Assembly (NCBI GenBank): GCA_964016885.1
Contig: OZ024746.1
Span: forward strand, 102,052,001 to 102,116,000
Source: Eledone cirrhosa
Lineage: Eukaryota
DNA length: 64,000 nucleotides
Direction of reading: 5' to 3'
Shown piece after piece: positions 21,946-34,776 of the stretch. Below the pieces are notes generated by a model. That model did not search any database. It was not told the DNA's origin and was given only the letters and a program-made list of their open reading frames with translations. The position numbers and the translations under genes are program-made. Position 1 is the stretch's first letter, and each line of letters starts with the position of its first letter.

Positions 21946-23057
21946 ATCATCATTTTACATCCGCTTTTCCCTGCTTTCAAGGGTGGGATGGGTCTTATTT
22001 AGCACAGCATCTCTCCACTTGTCACGGACCTTCGTCATCTCAACCGTGAGCTTCAGTGATCTGAGATCTGTTCTCACCACCTCCGCCCATGTTTTTCGTG
22101 GTCTACCTCTACCACGTCTTCCTTCAACTGGTATTTCCTGGCACTTCTTCACCCATCGGTCATCCTCCATGCGCATCACATGTCCATACCACCTGTCTCC
22201 TCTCTCGCACACTACATTCTATCCCTCTCAGACAGTTTCTCTCTCAACACATTCATGCACATTGACATTGCACATCCAACGGAGCATGCTTGCCTCATTT
22301 CTCTCCAGCTGTCGCATATCCTCTGCAGTTGCTGCCCATGTCTCACTACCATGCAGCATCGCGCTCCTCACACAGGCATCATATAACCGGCCTTTCGTAC
22401 GCAGGGAGAAACCATTCTTCGTCAGCAGAGGAAGCAGCTCCCTAAACTTCTTCCAACCCGTCATTCTAGATACTATGGCCTCGGAACACCCTCCTCCCAT
22501 GCTAATCTGATCTAGGTACCGGAAGCTATCCACCACTTCTATAGCACCCGCCTGCATTTGAAAAATGTGTCTATCAATGCGACTTCTGTCTAATTTCCCT
22601 GTACATCTGCTGCATACATATTTCTCCCTACCAGTTAGTTTGCCTGCTATCCCACTACATCTTGTGTACCTTGGATCTGCATAGTGTGCATTTTATAGAA
22701 TTTATGCCAGTTCCTTTTCTGCATATCGAACATGGCCATTTCCCTGACGGAATCAGAGTTTTGTCCTCTTTTCTACTCATCAACACTTTTGTCTTAGCTA
22801 GGTTCACTCTCAGTCCTCTTGCTTCCAACTGCTGTTTCCATAGCCAGAATTTATTCTCTAGCTCCTCTACTGATTCTGTTATAAGAACCAGATCGTCAGC
22901 ATAGAGAAGTTCCCATGTTATGGCTTGGAGGACTATACTGAACAAGAGCGGACTGAAGACCGAACCTTGATGTACTCCTACTTGTATCTGGAATTCATCA
23001 CTAAACTCCATTCCTACCCTGACTTTACTGACAGTACCTCTGTACAAAGTTTGCACT
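21946..23057 (-). mobile_element. RTE-clade LINE 3' fragment including the RT YADD motif and (GAT)n tail
   Basis: ORFs 22655-23056 (GVHQGSVFSPLLF, LLYADD), 22228-22557 and 21955-22212. Confidence 0.93.
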
Positions 23058-23091
23058 CATATATATATAAATAAATATAGATATATATATA

Positions 23092-23248
23092 TCATCATCA
23101 TCATTTTACATCCGCTTTTCCATGCTTGCAAGGGTTGGACGGATCCTATTCAGCACAGCATCTCTCCACTTGTCACAGTCCTTCGTCATCTCCTCAGCGA
23201 GTCTCAGCAATATTTGGTCTGCTCTCACCACCTCTGCCTATGTTTTAC
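23092..23248 (-). mobile_element. Short RTE 3'-end fragment
   Basis: Similar to 21946-22100, with (TCA)n tail. Confidence 0.8.
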
Positions 23249-24255
23249 ACTGATGATGATGATAAATATATATGAGAGACTGTATCTAGTTGAGAATAGG
23301 TACACGCTGTCATAAGAGGTAACTAAAAGGGTTTGTGGCAGAAACATCACAATGCTGTACAACATTGTCTTAAAAAGTACTCCCCGTGATATAAAGCCTA
23401 TCATAGAGCCGACAAAGCTAACCTCATTCCTAACAAATGTTTATTAGTTCAATATATAATCTAATAGAAGTGATAGTGAGGTAAATAATTTCACACATTT
23501 CATTTAACTTCTTTAAAAAAGCTGCCATCTCTAGTGTACCAATTTAATATGTTGTATAGAATCAAACTGAGCAGCTCATGATTGTAGAATAAAGGCTTCC
23601 TATTAGACCCTGTGTTTGGAATTATCATTTACTGTTGGTTTTAAAGGTCTTGTTGATTTCAATATTCAAAAGGACACTAACACTACATTCAATATGTTTA
23701 ATGTGCTTAAGTATATTACTTAAGTTCATCCTGTTATGGAATTTAATGTTTATAATTCAAATGAATTGTTTAAATGAGGTTGGAAATATAAACAAAATAA
23801 ATCCTAACAACAAAAATGCTAATGTTACATGAGCTGTTTTTAAGTCATGATAATGTATCATTGTTAATAATAATATTAGAATATTAAAAATGGATTCTAA
23901 ATGACAAATGAAGATACAGTGATGGAATATGTTTGAGACTATAAAACAGGCAAAACTGAACTTTCATCCACAGAATACAGTTATTGTGTGAAGAACAGCA
24001 GGGAAATTAGTTTAGAAGAATTATTTTTTTGACAAATGGAATACAATAAAACATTGTTCAAAATCAAACAATTTAAGAGAGTGTTGTTGAAATCAGTTAC
24101 TTTTGATCAACAATCTAACATATGACTTCTTTAGACATATTCTATGGATATCTTCTCAATGTCCTCCAGTTAAAACTTCTTTATTTCTTAATGCAGATAT
24201 TTACATCTATGTTTCCCATGAGTTCAGATAACTTTTTATTATTTTTTTTTATGTA

Positions 24256-24795
24256 GATGATCTTCGACTTTCACTTGATAGGTTTGAAGCAGAGTGCTGT
24301 ATGATTGGAATGAAAATAAGTGCTGCGAAAACTCTCAAGGAAGCCTGCACAGAACACTATATGTGAATGGAGTTCCACTGAAGCAGGTGGAGAAGCTCAA
24401 GTATCTCGGGATTGTGTTCACTAATGATGGAAGGCAAGAGGCTGAATTAAGTGCAAGAATTGCAAAAGCTGGTGCAGTAATGCGCCAGCTTCAGCATTCA
24501 GTAATCAGAAGGGAGTCCTCCGAAGGGTCTTTGGAGTAACATTACTCGATAAAATGCTTAGCTCAGAGAGCAGAGTCACTGCAGGTAGAGCCGCTACTTC
24601 TCTGAATTGAGAGACCAAAGCTCCATTGCTATGGACATGTGGTTAGAACGTCTCAAGAAAGAATTGCTGGACAGATTTTATGGGCGAAATCAACAGGCAG
24701 GAGACCCCAAGCAAGATATTTGGATAACATCCATGGCTGGTCATGCTTGGGGATCTAGCTGGATCAGTTGAAGATGGTTGCTTCTGACAGGACTT
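24256..24795 (+). mobile_element. Degenerate RTE-clade LINE fragment (Rex3/Expander-like lineage)
   Basis: LKQVEKLKYLGIVFTNDG..ARIAKAGAVMRQL; related to 35772-36560. Confidence 0.75.
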
Positions 24796-25606
24796 GCACC
24801 ATTGTCCAATGAAATACAATGGTTCAATTAATTGAGCAATTTTGAAGGATTTACTTAAATTATTCCTTCTTCACAAACTTAACATATGATTCTTATAAAA
24901 TTATGTTGGAAGATTTAAATTTAAATATGCCTAAAAGGGTTGAGAGGACTCTTTAGTTGTGTCAAAGATACAACAACCCCTCTAGTGTTTGTAATCTACA
25001 AGATAAATACACCTAGTAGACACTAAAGTGGTTGGCATGAGGAAGGGTATCCAGCCATAGCTTGCCAAACAAAAGGTTGGGAGGACCCTTTAGTTGTGTC
25101 AAGGACATGTCAGCCTCCCTAGTGTTGGTGATTTACACAATAAAAGCACTCAGTACATTCTATAAAGTGGTTAGTGTTAGTAAGGATGTCCAAGCGTAGA
25201 AAGTTGTTTTGGCAAGTTTGGTGACAAAAAAGGTTAAATAGAAATTACTATTCGGAACAAATGGCTGCTCTTCACGTCACCCAAAACAATTATAATACCA
25301 TCTAATGTAGGATAAAGATCGGAGTAATATTTAAATTGGCTTAGAAACAATGTAGCAGTAGGTATAAACTATATTGCATTTTGAAAACTAATCAGGTTAG
25401 ATTAAATAGTTTGCTATTAATTAAAATTTAAAAAGAGGGGCGGACGGTAGAAAAATAATTTTGTATGGGCAGTTAGTTGAGTGAACTAAAAGTGTAAGAA
25501 GGAAAAACCAACACACAAACCGAAGATTAAAATAGGAAGTAATTTGTAATCAAAGAATAAATCTTCAGATGCAAATTCACTAGAAATATTAAAAGTAAAA
25601 ACTTAC

Positions 25607-25659
25607 CCACTGTCTCCAAGAATAATTACTTTAAGCAGCACCTTCTTTCTGGATGCCAT
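25607..25659 (-). CDS. RAB7A: Rab7 small GTPase, first coding exon (MASRKKVLLKVIILGDSG, phase 2); exon spans 25607-25684
   Basis: Translation matches the Rab7 N-terminus; acceptor TTTTTACAG before 25684; donor GTAAGT at 25606-25601; 53 coding nt matches the vertebrate RAB7A intron position as I recall it. Confidence 0.93.
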
Positions 25660-28191
25660 TATTTTACAAGTTGTACCAACTTAGCTGTAAAAATATAATA
25701 TCTATATTATCCCAATGAAAAGGCAAATAAAATAATACTTTCAATACACACTGACATTTTATATTGATTTCAATAAGCTAGTCAAGCAACCAGACTGCTT
25801 TGAAGTAGAAAAATAGGAAAGAGTATTAAAATAGAACAATAAACAGATTATTTCCTTTTACAGTATAAAAGAAAGCCTATTGATAACATTCTAAATGAAA
25901 AACGAAACTCATTACATATTTCAAACTATTAATTAATTAGATTTAAATAAATTGAAAAAGAACATACATTGATTGACGCCCACCAAATGTTTTAAAAGAA
26001 CTTTTGACAGAAAATATGTTATCGGTGAGTTACTAGTGTAAAGTACATATACAGTCTCCCCAAATTATAGACGGGATCATCTGATAAACTGATATAGCAG
26101 AGGAAAACACCTTGTTTATCTTCAATGGCGAGAAATTTGTATAATCTTAACTACCAAAAGCTCTCATATCAATCATTTTTAATCAATATATTTCTAAACA
26201 TTTCCTATAGAGCTGTTGCAAATCCACTGCCTTTGAAAAAAATATATATAATCAACCAACACGCAGTTGAAACAGTTACACAAATATCTAGCTAAAATGG
26301 AATACTTCAATAAACATATCTGATATGTATTCATATGTAGGAATGGCTGATTAAGCCAACAAAATATTTACCAATAAATTTAACCCAGTAATTTGTATGT
26401 GGAAACAGTCTAATCACCACCACCCTCAAAAATCCAACTTCTATGAACTATACACTAATTACTGCGCACTATAAACAATCTTTAATAAATCTGATCTTTG
26501 ATGAGAAAAATGTAGAATATATTAGCTAATATATAGAAAAAAGCCACCCTGCAAGAAGACAATTTGTAAACATGGGTGAAATAGAATATCAATTTATAAA
26601 CAAAGTAATGATGTATCGTTAGTTTTTAACATATTCTGAATCAGCACATTCAAACAAGTCCTTTATTGCAAACATTATGTCATTTAACTGAAATTTGTGG
26701 AAGAAATTCTTTCTACATTTCTCAAATTTAAAAAAAAAATTAAATGCTCTGAAATACGTTGTTCAGCTTTAATCTAAATAGGTCCTTAATTTTAAATAAA
26801 ACATATATTAGAATTATTTGAGAGAAAACGTTTAAATGATTGCTGTATTAGATTTATAGAACATAAATTATTTTAGGCAACCTCAGAAATATTTCCAACT
26901 GAATGTGAATTCAAGAGACAGCTTTTATTAAGTGTAACAAGAAATAAATTATTTGGCAAAACTTAAAAGTATGGAAATCTAAAAAAATAAAAATTTAACA
27001 CTTGCACCAGAGGGGGGGGGGGGTTATAATGGGGGAGTGAATCAGTTAAGATATTTTGTCAGCTTGCTTTTATAATATCCACCATTAATATTAGATTTAG
27101 ATAAATAAATTCTAATAAGTCAGCCTATTAAAATTGTTAATAATATCGAACACTATGGAGTAAAACTACTTCCCATATTTCCACCCAAATAGCTTTACAA
27201 CATTCAAAAGCAAGCTCCTACAAGACAAAGAAGCTATTTATTGATGATTTATATCGTGAAAATGAATTCTAATATTTTTTTAAATATCGATCCCAAGAAA
27301 GGTTGGGAACGATTTTGTTTTTATGAGGAGATTTAACAAAAATGTCAGCCGAATCCTTAAGCTATATTTCAAAGTCAAGAGTATAGACACGATATAGCAC
27401 CACTTAAATCTACAAATAATACCCACCCAGTTTCTGGTGACAAATACAGGAAAATCTGTATTGTTAATCTCATTCTATTTCACCAGTGCTCCTACATTTT
27501 TGAAAATTTGATAAAATGCGCAGGTTTTCATTGATAGTTTGGTTGTTCTCAGATTAAGTGGCAGGTGCCCGAGGAACAGATTAAGCTAGAGATTGTTACA
27601 TTTGTCCTGTCACAACAGGCAAGACAATTCACTATTAAATACACCCACCAAATCTTGACACAATTTATCAATTTCCACTCGAGAGAGAAAGTCTTTATAA
27701 TACATATACGTTGTTTGAATATACTGAACATCGCATAATTTCTAACACACATTTATATATATATACGTGTTCGTTATATCATACAAGAAAACATCGAAAA
27801 ATGAAATCATTATACTGTATTAAATACGAACAGCTTCCTTCTATCTACAAAATACGGAATTAAATTGAATAATTACATTAGTCATGGCACAAGCAATGAC
27901 TGGCGATTTTTTAATATATATTTACCAGACAGCTAAAGTACACACTGTTAGAAATATAATTATATATATACACACACAAACATACATACGTGTGTGTACA
28001 TACGTATGTATGAAGCAGTTTAGAATAGTCTTATATACATTACCGATGTGAAGGAAAGGGAGGTGTGTACGCAATTGCAACAACTGGATTAGCGTAGAGA
28101 AATTAATTTCTTTTTCACCCCACGAATAAACACGATGATAATAATATTAGCAATCCGTAAACTGTAGCAGTTAATATAGCGACTGACTTAC

Positions 28192-28270
28192 CTAGAGAGC
28201 TTCGTTTATTTCCAAGTACAGATGCAGCACCAAGTTAACCTACCAACACTAAAAAATGGCGATCCCGTGA
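28192..28270 (-). other. RAB7A: Probable non-coding exon 1 (5'UTR) of Rab7
   Basis: Strong donor CTAG|GTAAGT (28191-28186) next to a CpG-containing promoter-like patch; TSS position approximate. Confidence 0.6.
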
Positions 28271-28320
28271 CAGTGTTGTGACGTCATTGTTGAAGAGAGT
28301 TGCCGCGAGGTGGCGTTACA
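28251..28320 (-). promoter_or_regulatory. Putative Rab7 promoter: YY1-like CGCCATTTT and CRE TGACGTCA (28279-28286)
   Basis: Motifs seen directly; local CpG enrichment. Confidence 0.5.
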
Positions 28321-28336
28321 TACTGCTGTTCTCCAA

Positions 28337-29022
28337 GACTTCATATTGCTGACTTCTCAGACGACTTCATGTTGACAATTTCATATTGCTGACTTTACAG
28401 ACGACTTCATGTTGATAACTTCATATTGCTGACTTTACAAACGACTTCATGTTGACAACTTCATATTGCTGACTTCTCAGACGACTTCATGTTGACAACT
28501 TCATATTGCTGACTTCTCAGACGACTTCATGTTGACAACTTCATATTGCTGACTTTACAGACGACTTCATATTGCTGACTTCTCAGACGACTTCATATTG
28601 CTGACTTTACAGACGACTTCATGTTGATAACTTCATATTGCTGACTTCTCAGACGACTTCATATTGCTGACTTTACAGACGACTTCATGTTGATAACTTC
28701 ATATTGCTGACTTCTCAGACGACTTCATGTTGACAATTTCATATTGCTGACTTTACAGACGACTTCATGTTGATAACTTCATATTGCTGACTTCTCAGAC
28801 GACTTCATGTTGACAACTTCATATTGCTGACTTTACAGACGACTTCATGTTGATAACTTCATATTGCTGACTTCTCAGACGACTTCATGTTGACAACTTC
28901 ATATTGCTGACTTTACAGACGACTTCATGTTGATAACTTCATATTGCTGACTTTACAGACGACTTCATGTTGACAACTTTATATTGCTGACTTCTCAGAC
29001 AACTTTATATTGCTGGCTTCTC
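28337..29022. repeat. 40-bp minisatellite (ACTTCATATTGCTGACTTCTCAGACGACTTCATGTTGACA), ~19 units with some 26-bp variants
   Basis: Directly visible tandem units. Confidence 0.95.
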
Positions 29023-30306
29023 GGCAGTTTATAACATTATTATACAACTTGTCACTGAAATAATAATATAGAAAAAAAGGAAATACTTTCCTTACGTAAA
29101 ATTAAATCAATCAATATCTATTATTTCAAATGAAATAATCGAATACCGAGAAATATGTACACATACATAAACCATATTAAAATAATGTCATGAGGGAGAT
29201 AAACTAAAAGCTGTCCAAGTGTTTCTATCATTGGCTTTTTGCTGAATTGTGGTGACTTTTGCATTCAGTTCTTTTGTGACCATTCTTTGGAATGTGGTCT
29301 TCGGTTTTCGTCTCTTACAGCGACCTCCTGGTAGTTGATGTAGCAGAAGACACTCAGCATGGAAGTTACTAATTGGATGCCAGATATGATGACCAATTCA
29401 TGTCTAATCGCCGCTTTCGAATTTACGTATAGAGATGTGACTGTTCTGTGTGAAGATCTCCGCATTTGTTATGCGATCTTGGTATGTTACGCCACAGATA
29501 AGAATCGTTAACACAACAGAAATAGTTGAACTGATGATACGAACCACACCAGTGTAAAACAGTTCCATAGTGAATGAATTATGTTTAATTTAATTTGTAA
29601 ATATGTACCAATGAAAGAATGCAATAAAAAATTAAATATTAATACAATTGTAGATTTTTTAAAATGTTTATATTGATAGAAAATGATCAGTTTTCGTTGA
29701 GGATACCAACATAGCTGATGTTTATAAACCTATCGCATGATTTGTTGTTTTCATTTCCAAGTTTCCCGATTGTCCGAAGCTTCTGTAATCCAAATTAACA
29801 TTTCGTATTTTCCGAGCAAACGCATATGAACCTTTCAAAGTTTTATTTTATATAAATTGCAGTTTTATTTTAGCAGTCGCGGAAGTCTTAGTGCATAGAT
29901 GTGGTCATACGAAAAATGTTAGTTTTTAATGCATTATTTGCCTTATAAAGTCTATTATATTTATTTTCGAGTTAATGTAACACATTTTTCGTCGGTTTGT
30001 GTGTAAGTTTTATAAAGTGACAAAGGTTAAATGAGCTGATAAAATATTGCTCTCTTATAATATTTTATTTGTTTAAATGACAGTTGTAATAACACCAAAT
30101 ATTACTGGTGAAAAACGCCGATGATTAAGGGAAAGGTGGAGCAATGGCATGAGTAGCTTGACTTGAGAATCTGTTGACTACATCTGTAGTTTAACTATTG
30201 GGAAAATGTCTAGAACATTACATTGATCAGTTTCACTCAAAGTTTTCAAACACCTAAATCCATCTCATCAACTATGCAATTTGACAGAATACGTGAAATC
30301 ATGCAA

Positions 30307-30820
30307 TCTAAACTATAATAAAGTAAGAAGCGTCTAAACTCTAATAAAGTAAGGAGCGCGGGATTGCGTACGGTTTATAATTTTTTATCCCATTAGTAAA
30401 ATAAGTTGGATTACTTTGAATAAATAATGAATGAATATTACATAATTTATTTTACTAAATTTCGTGGCTGTTCATTAAATATATTTTATTACTTATTTAA
30501 AGATTCCCTTCTTTAAAATTTTCAAATGTCAACACTTCCGGTTAGCGGTCGCTTAAATAAATATTCATATATTTCTGTCACTAATTTTCTCTTAATGCAG
30601 TTTATATATAATATCGTCTTTTTTAATGTATCATGGATTACGTTACTGATTAAATAAGAGAGTGTAACACAGTCTTCGTTTAATTTCTGTGTATTATATA
30701 TTGTCAATTACGATTTTATTTGATGTATCATATCTACACGCATATATACTTGCGTATAATATCAATATACACACTACACATGCTAGCAGAAAACCACCCG
30801 AAGGGTGGTTTTTCTGCTAG
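30307..30820 (+). mobile_element. Full-length non-autonomous Helitron
   Basis: A|TC start, subterminal hairpin AAAACCACCC-GAA-GGGTGGTTTT, CTAG|T end; related copies at 50150-50940(-). Confidence 0.85.
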
Positions 30821-31678
30821 TTTCTTTAATTTTCATGCTTTTGGATAAATTATTTTAGGTAGACTTTTATGAATACTGGACGTAGCGTTACCTAATGTTC
30901 CCCTGTCCAAAGTTACGGAGAAACTCCCATTCACTCTCCATTGATTGGGAAGGGAGGGAAAGATGGAGTGCGACGTTAGCAACCTTACATCCATTAATTA
31001 CTACAGAAACGACGAGCTGATAGGTGACATGGGGACAGGCCCATGACATGGCTGGCAACCTTGTGAAATACAGATCTCATCACCCATTATTCATGGGGAG
31101 CAACATGATATAAAGTGCTTTGCTTAACACTACAAAGCCAGAAATCAAACTCACAATTGCATGCTATTCTATGTATACATGAGTATACACTCACATAACT
31201 CAGCAGTGGCATGGAGTGCTTTCAACTGGAATTAGCAATAGGTTGTTGGTTCCTGCCGACAACAAATTATTATACCACTTGAATAGTTTTCTTTTTAATA
31301 TTCATCCATTATGTATATTTTATTCACCGTTGGATACAAATGAAATCAAAGACATATATCTATATTATTCTGCTACTCTACAACTGTATTAGTAAATCTA
31401 AAGCAAATCTTAATATACTGTATTTCATACCAAAGAAAACAGCATATGTTTGAACTTGAACCCACAATCCTAGTGAATAAAGTACAGTAGATATCCACAG
31501 AGATGTGAACCATTAGAGATTATCTTTAGTTTAAGGTAGTAGTTCTTCAAAAGTGTGTTACTATAGCAGAGTAATCCTAGAGATTAAATTAATATTTTAA
31601 TTCGCCTACATGAACATTATGACAATAAAATTACATGTATGTGTAAACAAAAATATTATATTTTATTGAATATCTTAA

Positions 31679-31886
31679 CCCTTTAACATTTACATGACGC
31701 TATATATACTATTGTATTTTCATGGTAAATATTTTATCTCACATAATATTGAATCTATGAGATTTTGATATTATTTATTTTGAGAACAATACCTTAACAT
31801 AAGTATGGGCAGCCAGTTATGGTTGGTTTGAACAGAATGAGGTGAGAGAATTCTGGCCAGATATGGCTGGTTTAAATACTAAAGGA
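31679..31886. mobile_element. piggyBac-like MITE
   Basis: TTAA on both flanks; imperfect TIRs CCCTTTAACATTTA / TAAATACTAAAGGA. Confidence 0.6.
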
Positions 31887-32097
31887 TTAATGGCACTATA
31901 ATGACAAAATGCCAGGTTCATTATTTTCTTGTATAATTTAATAATTATTATACACTGACACATGATAGTAGTGTAGTAATGTTATACACTGTGGCAGTGT
32001 AGTAATATTATACACTGTGGCAGTGTAGAGAGAATGGTAAATACTACTTATGGTTCTGTTAGATTCTCAGTTGATTGTTTCAAGGAATGATGCCCAG

Positions 32098-32880
32098 CCT
32101 GTGGCCAATACTGGTGGTCTTCTCAGTGAAGACAAGCTCCACCCCTGTGGCCAACACTGGTGGTCTTCTCAGTTAGGACAAGCTCCACCCCTGTGGCCAA
32201 CACTGGTGGTCTTCTCGGTGAGGACAAACTCCACATCTCCATTGCACTTCAAGTGGGAGCTGATGCTTGGGGGGAGGGTAGGTCTGAGATGTCACTGTGG
32301 TAGGTCCCTCAACTCCACAGGCCTCCATGGTTTGCCATGCTGTCTGAATGCTGGTTGTTTCGCCCACCACACCGAACTAAACCTGATCACCAAACAGGCC
32401 CTGGTTTGGGTTAATATCCCCACAGTTCTGGAGATGGTTGGATTATCCAGAAGTGATGGGAAGAGACCAGATAGCCTTACCCTTTGTACCTGAATAAGAG
32501 GTAGGTGTCTCATCTGGGACGTCACAGTCAGTGACTCTCTTGCTCCCTCCCACATGATAGATGCCACAGTAAATGTGGGGGGTCACTACTTCTGTAGCCG
32601 AATGGAATAAAATTCAGAAATACCTGATTTATCTAATAATTATTTTTTCCAGCCTGTGGCGTTTGAGATGTTTGGTGCAGTTGGGCAAAGTTCTTGTCAT
32701 CATTGGCGACTCACCTTACTGGGGTGTCTGGTGATACCCCTGAGGGTGCCCGGCTGTTTCATTACCTTAGCCTCGCCATCATCTCACCTTACTGAGGTGT
32801 CAGGTGATACCCGTGAGGGTATCTGGTTATTTCAGTGCCTTAGCCTCGCCATCACCCACGGTAATGTTGTGTGTTGGCTT
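32098..32880 (+). mobile_element. Degenerate CRE-clade-like non-LTR retrotransposon C-terminus (zinc finger plus restriction-like endonuclease), preceded by a 47-bp x3 tandem repeat
   Basis: CHCG..GLHGLPC..H..LN..LEMVGLSRSDGKRPD..GRCLIWDVTVSDSLAPSH. Confidence 0.75.
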
Positions 32881-33700
32881 TCCTCAAAATATTCCATTGA
32901 CCCATGTGATGTGTTGTGTGGTCGATTGTCGTTTTTCTTTTTTCTTTCTTTCTCCTGCTCTGGTCGTGTGTTTTGGTGTTGTTTTTGTGAGGTTTCTAGC
33001 AATGGTTGGTTGTATTTGTTATGTGTTTATATTTGTGTTTATCAACATTATATTTGTAATGTTATTCTGAAAGAACTGTGAGCAATTTGTAATGTTATTT
33101 ATGTATATACATATTATTTGATAAAAACTTAATATTAAAAAAATAAAAAAATACTGCTTCATTGCTTCTAATTCAATTGTCTCATAAACCGAGTTTCCAA
33201 CATCGCGAAAGAGTCATGATAGTCATTTAAAAACACACGTATATTATATTCCCTTTTGTTTTATTTCTTAGTATTATGGTATACCATTTGACAGTTTTTA
33301 CTATACAATACTATCCCAAAATTAGGCTGTGAGTTAGCAGAATCTTTAGAGCATTGAACAAAATACTGAACGGTATTTTACGTTCTGAGTTCAAATATTG
33401 CCTTTTAGTCACCGGGGATGGATAAAATCAGTATCAATCAAATATTATGTCAATTTATGATCTTCACCGAGGTGTGAATGAATTATAACAGAAAACAGGT
33501 TTAGAATTTCTGTTAAAATCTGTTACCATTTCGATTTATTAAGACATGACTGAGTTAAATGTGAAAGTTTATGTGAAAATTAAGAATCGCTGAAGAAAAG
33601 AAGAGTTTAGTGTAAGTTTGAGAAAATGTCGTTTAATTGGAGTTACCGTTCCTTGTAGAGTAGCGAGTGGTGAGTTAACTGGAATTATTAACAGTGAAAC

Positions 33701-33747
33701 ATGGAAAACAGGGATTTTCAGCCATCTGAATTGGGTACTAAACAATA
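33701..33747 (+). CDS. EEF1AKMT2: EEF1A lysine methyltransferase 2 (METTL10/Efm4)-like, first coding exon (MENRDFQPSELGTKQ+TA)
   Basis: DFQPSELGTKQ[Y] resembles the family N-terminal F.PS.LGT(K/R)E(H/Y)W motif; GTAAGT donor at 33748 in phase 2; downstream exons not found. Confidence 0.7.
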
Positions 33748-34033
33748 GTAAGTAATTCTATTATCTAACGATCTCATTTATCTTATTTTCACTCCTTTTT
33801 TTTTTTTTTAATATAAACATTATTTAATCATACACACAGATCGACGTGGAAGATTATTTAGTCAATCTCTAGACAAAAACAACTGAAACAAATCAATTTA
33901 AAATATTAGGGACAATTAATTATATAGACCAGTTGATGTAGAAAAAAAAACACAATTTTAAAATATTAATTTTAAGGTCCACTTTAAAGCGAATTGAAAG
34001 AGAGTTCTAAATATAGAATTCGGTTATATAGTT

Positions 34034-34776
34034 GGCGTTTCTTACTTTTAGCGGTCGCAAGAATGAAAGTAAATTTATTTTCATTTTCGAACGTCGTGTT
34101 TACATTTTGTGTGTGTATTTAAACGAAACATGCTGGCGACGAAGCTTCATCTTTGCACTGCTCCATGTGTTCTCTATGAGCTGTGTGTGCACATCAGGGT
34201 CCGCAGGATCTACAAAGTTCCGTTCGTGCACCACAACATCATGAACGTAAATCCCACCTTCAATTTCCTCAATTTCCGAATAGGAAGCCCAACCATCTTG
34301 TAATAAGGCTTGCAAAATGGTGAGTCCATCATTGACGAGATAGAAGAAACCAAATACTTCCATAGAAAGTATCATCGTGGCCTGTGGAGACAAGGCCACT
34401 GGGTCTTCGGCGCTGTTGAACGACATTCTGGACAATGCTACCTTGTAGAAGTCCCAAATCGAAGCCGTGACACTCTCGACCCCATCATTCAGCAGGGATT
34501 TAGCCAGGCAGCCGCATCATCTCCGATGATTGGGCTTCCTATTCGGAAATTGAAGGTGGGATTTACGTTCATGATGTTGTGGTGCACGAACGGAACTTGT
34601 AGATCCTGCGGACCCTGATGTGCACACACAGCTCATAGAGAACACATGGAGCCGTGCAAAGAAGAAGCTTCGTCGCCAGCATGTTTCGTTTAAACACACA
34701 CAAAATGTAAACACGACGTTCGAAAATGAAAATAAATTTACTTTCATTCTTGCGACCGCTAAAAGTAAGGAACGCC
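34034..34776 (+). mobile_element. Merlin (IS1016/IS1595-like DDE) transposon remnant with its 3' end duplicated in inverted orientation
   Basis: KYFHRKYHRG..WVFGAVER..EVPNRS..SDDWASY..VHERNFVDP..HTQLIENTW; arms 34034-34297 and 34525-34776 are reverse complements. Confidence 0.85.

Noticed and set aside
28337-29022. CRISPR-like array
   Set aside because: Units are contiguous with no unique spacers, no cas genes are present and the context is eukaryotic; this is a minisatellite.
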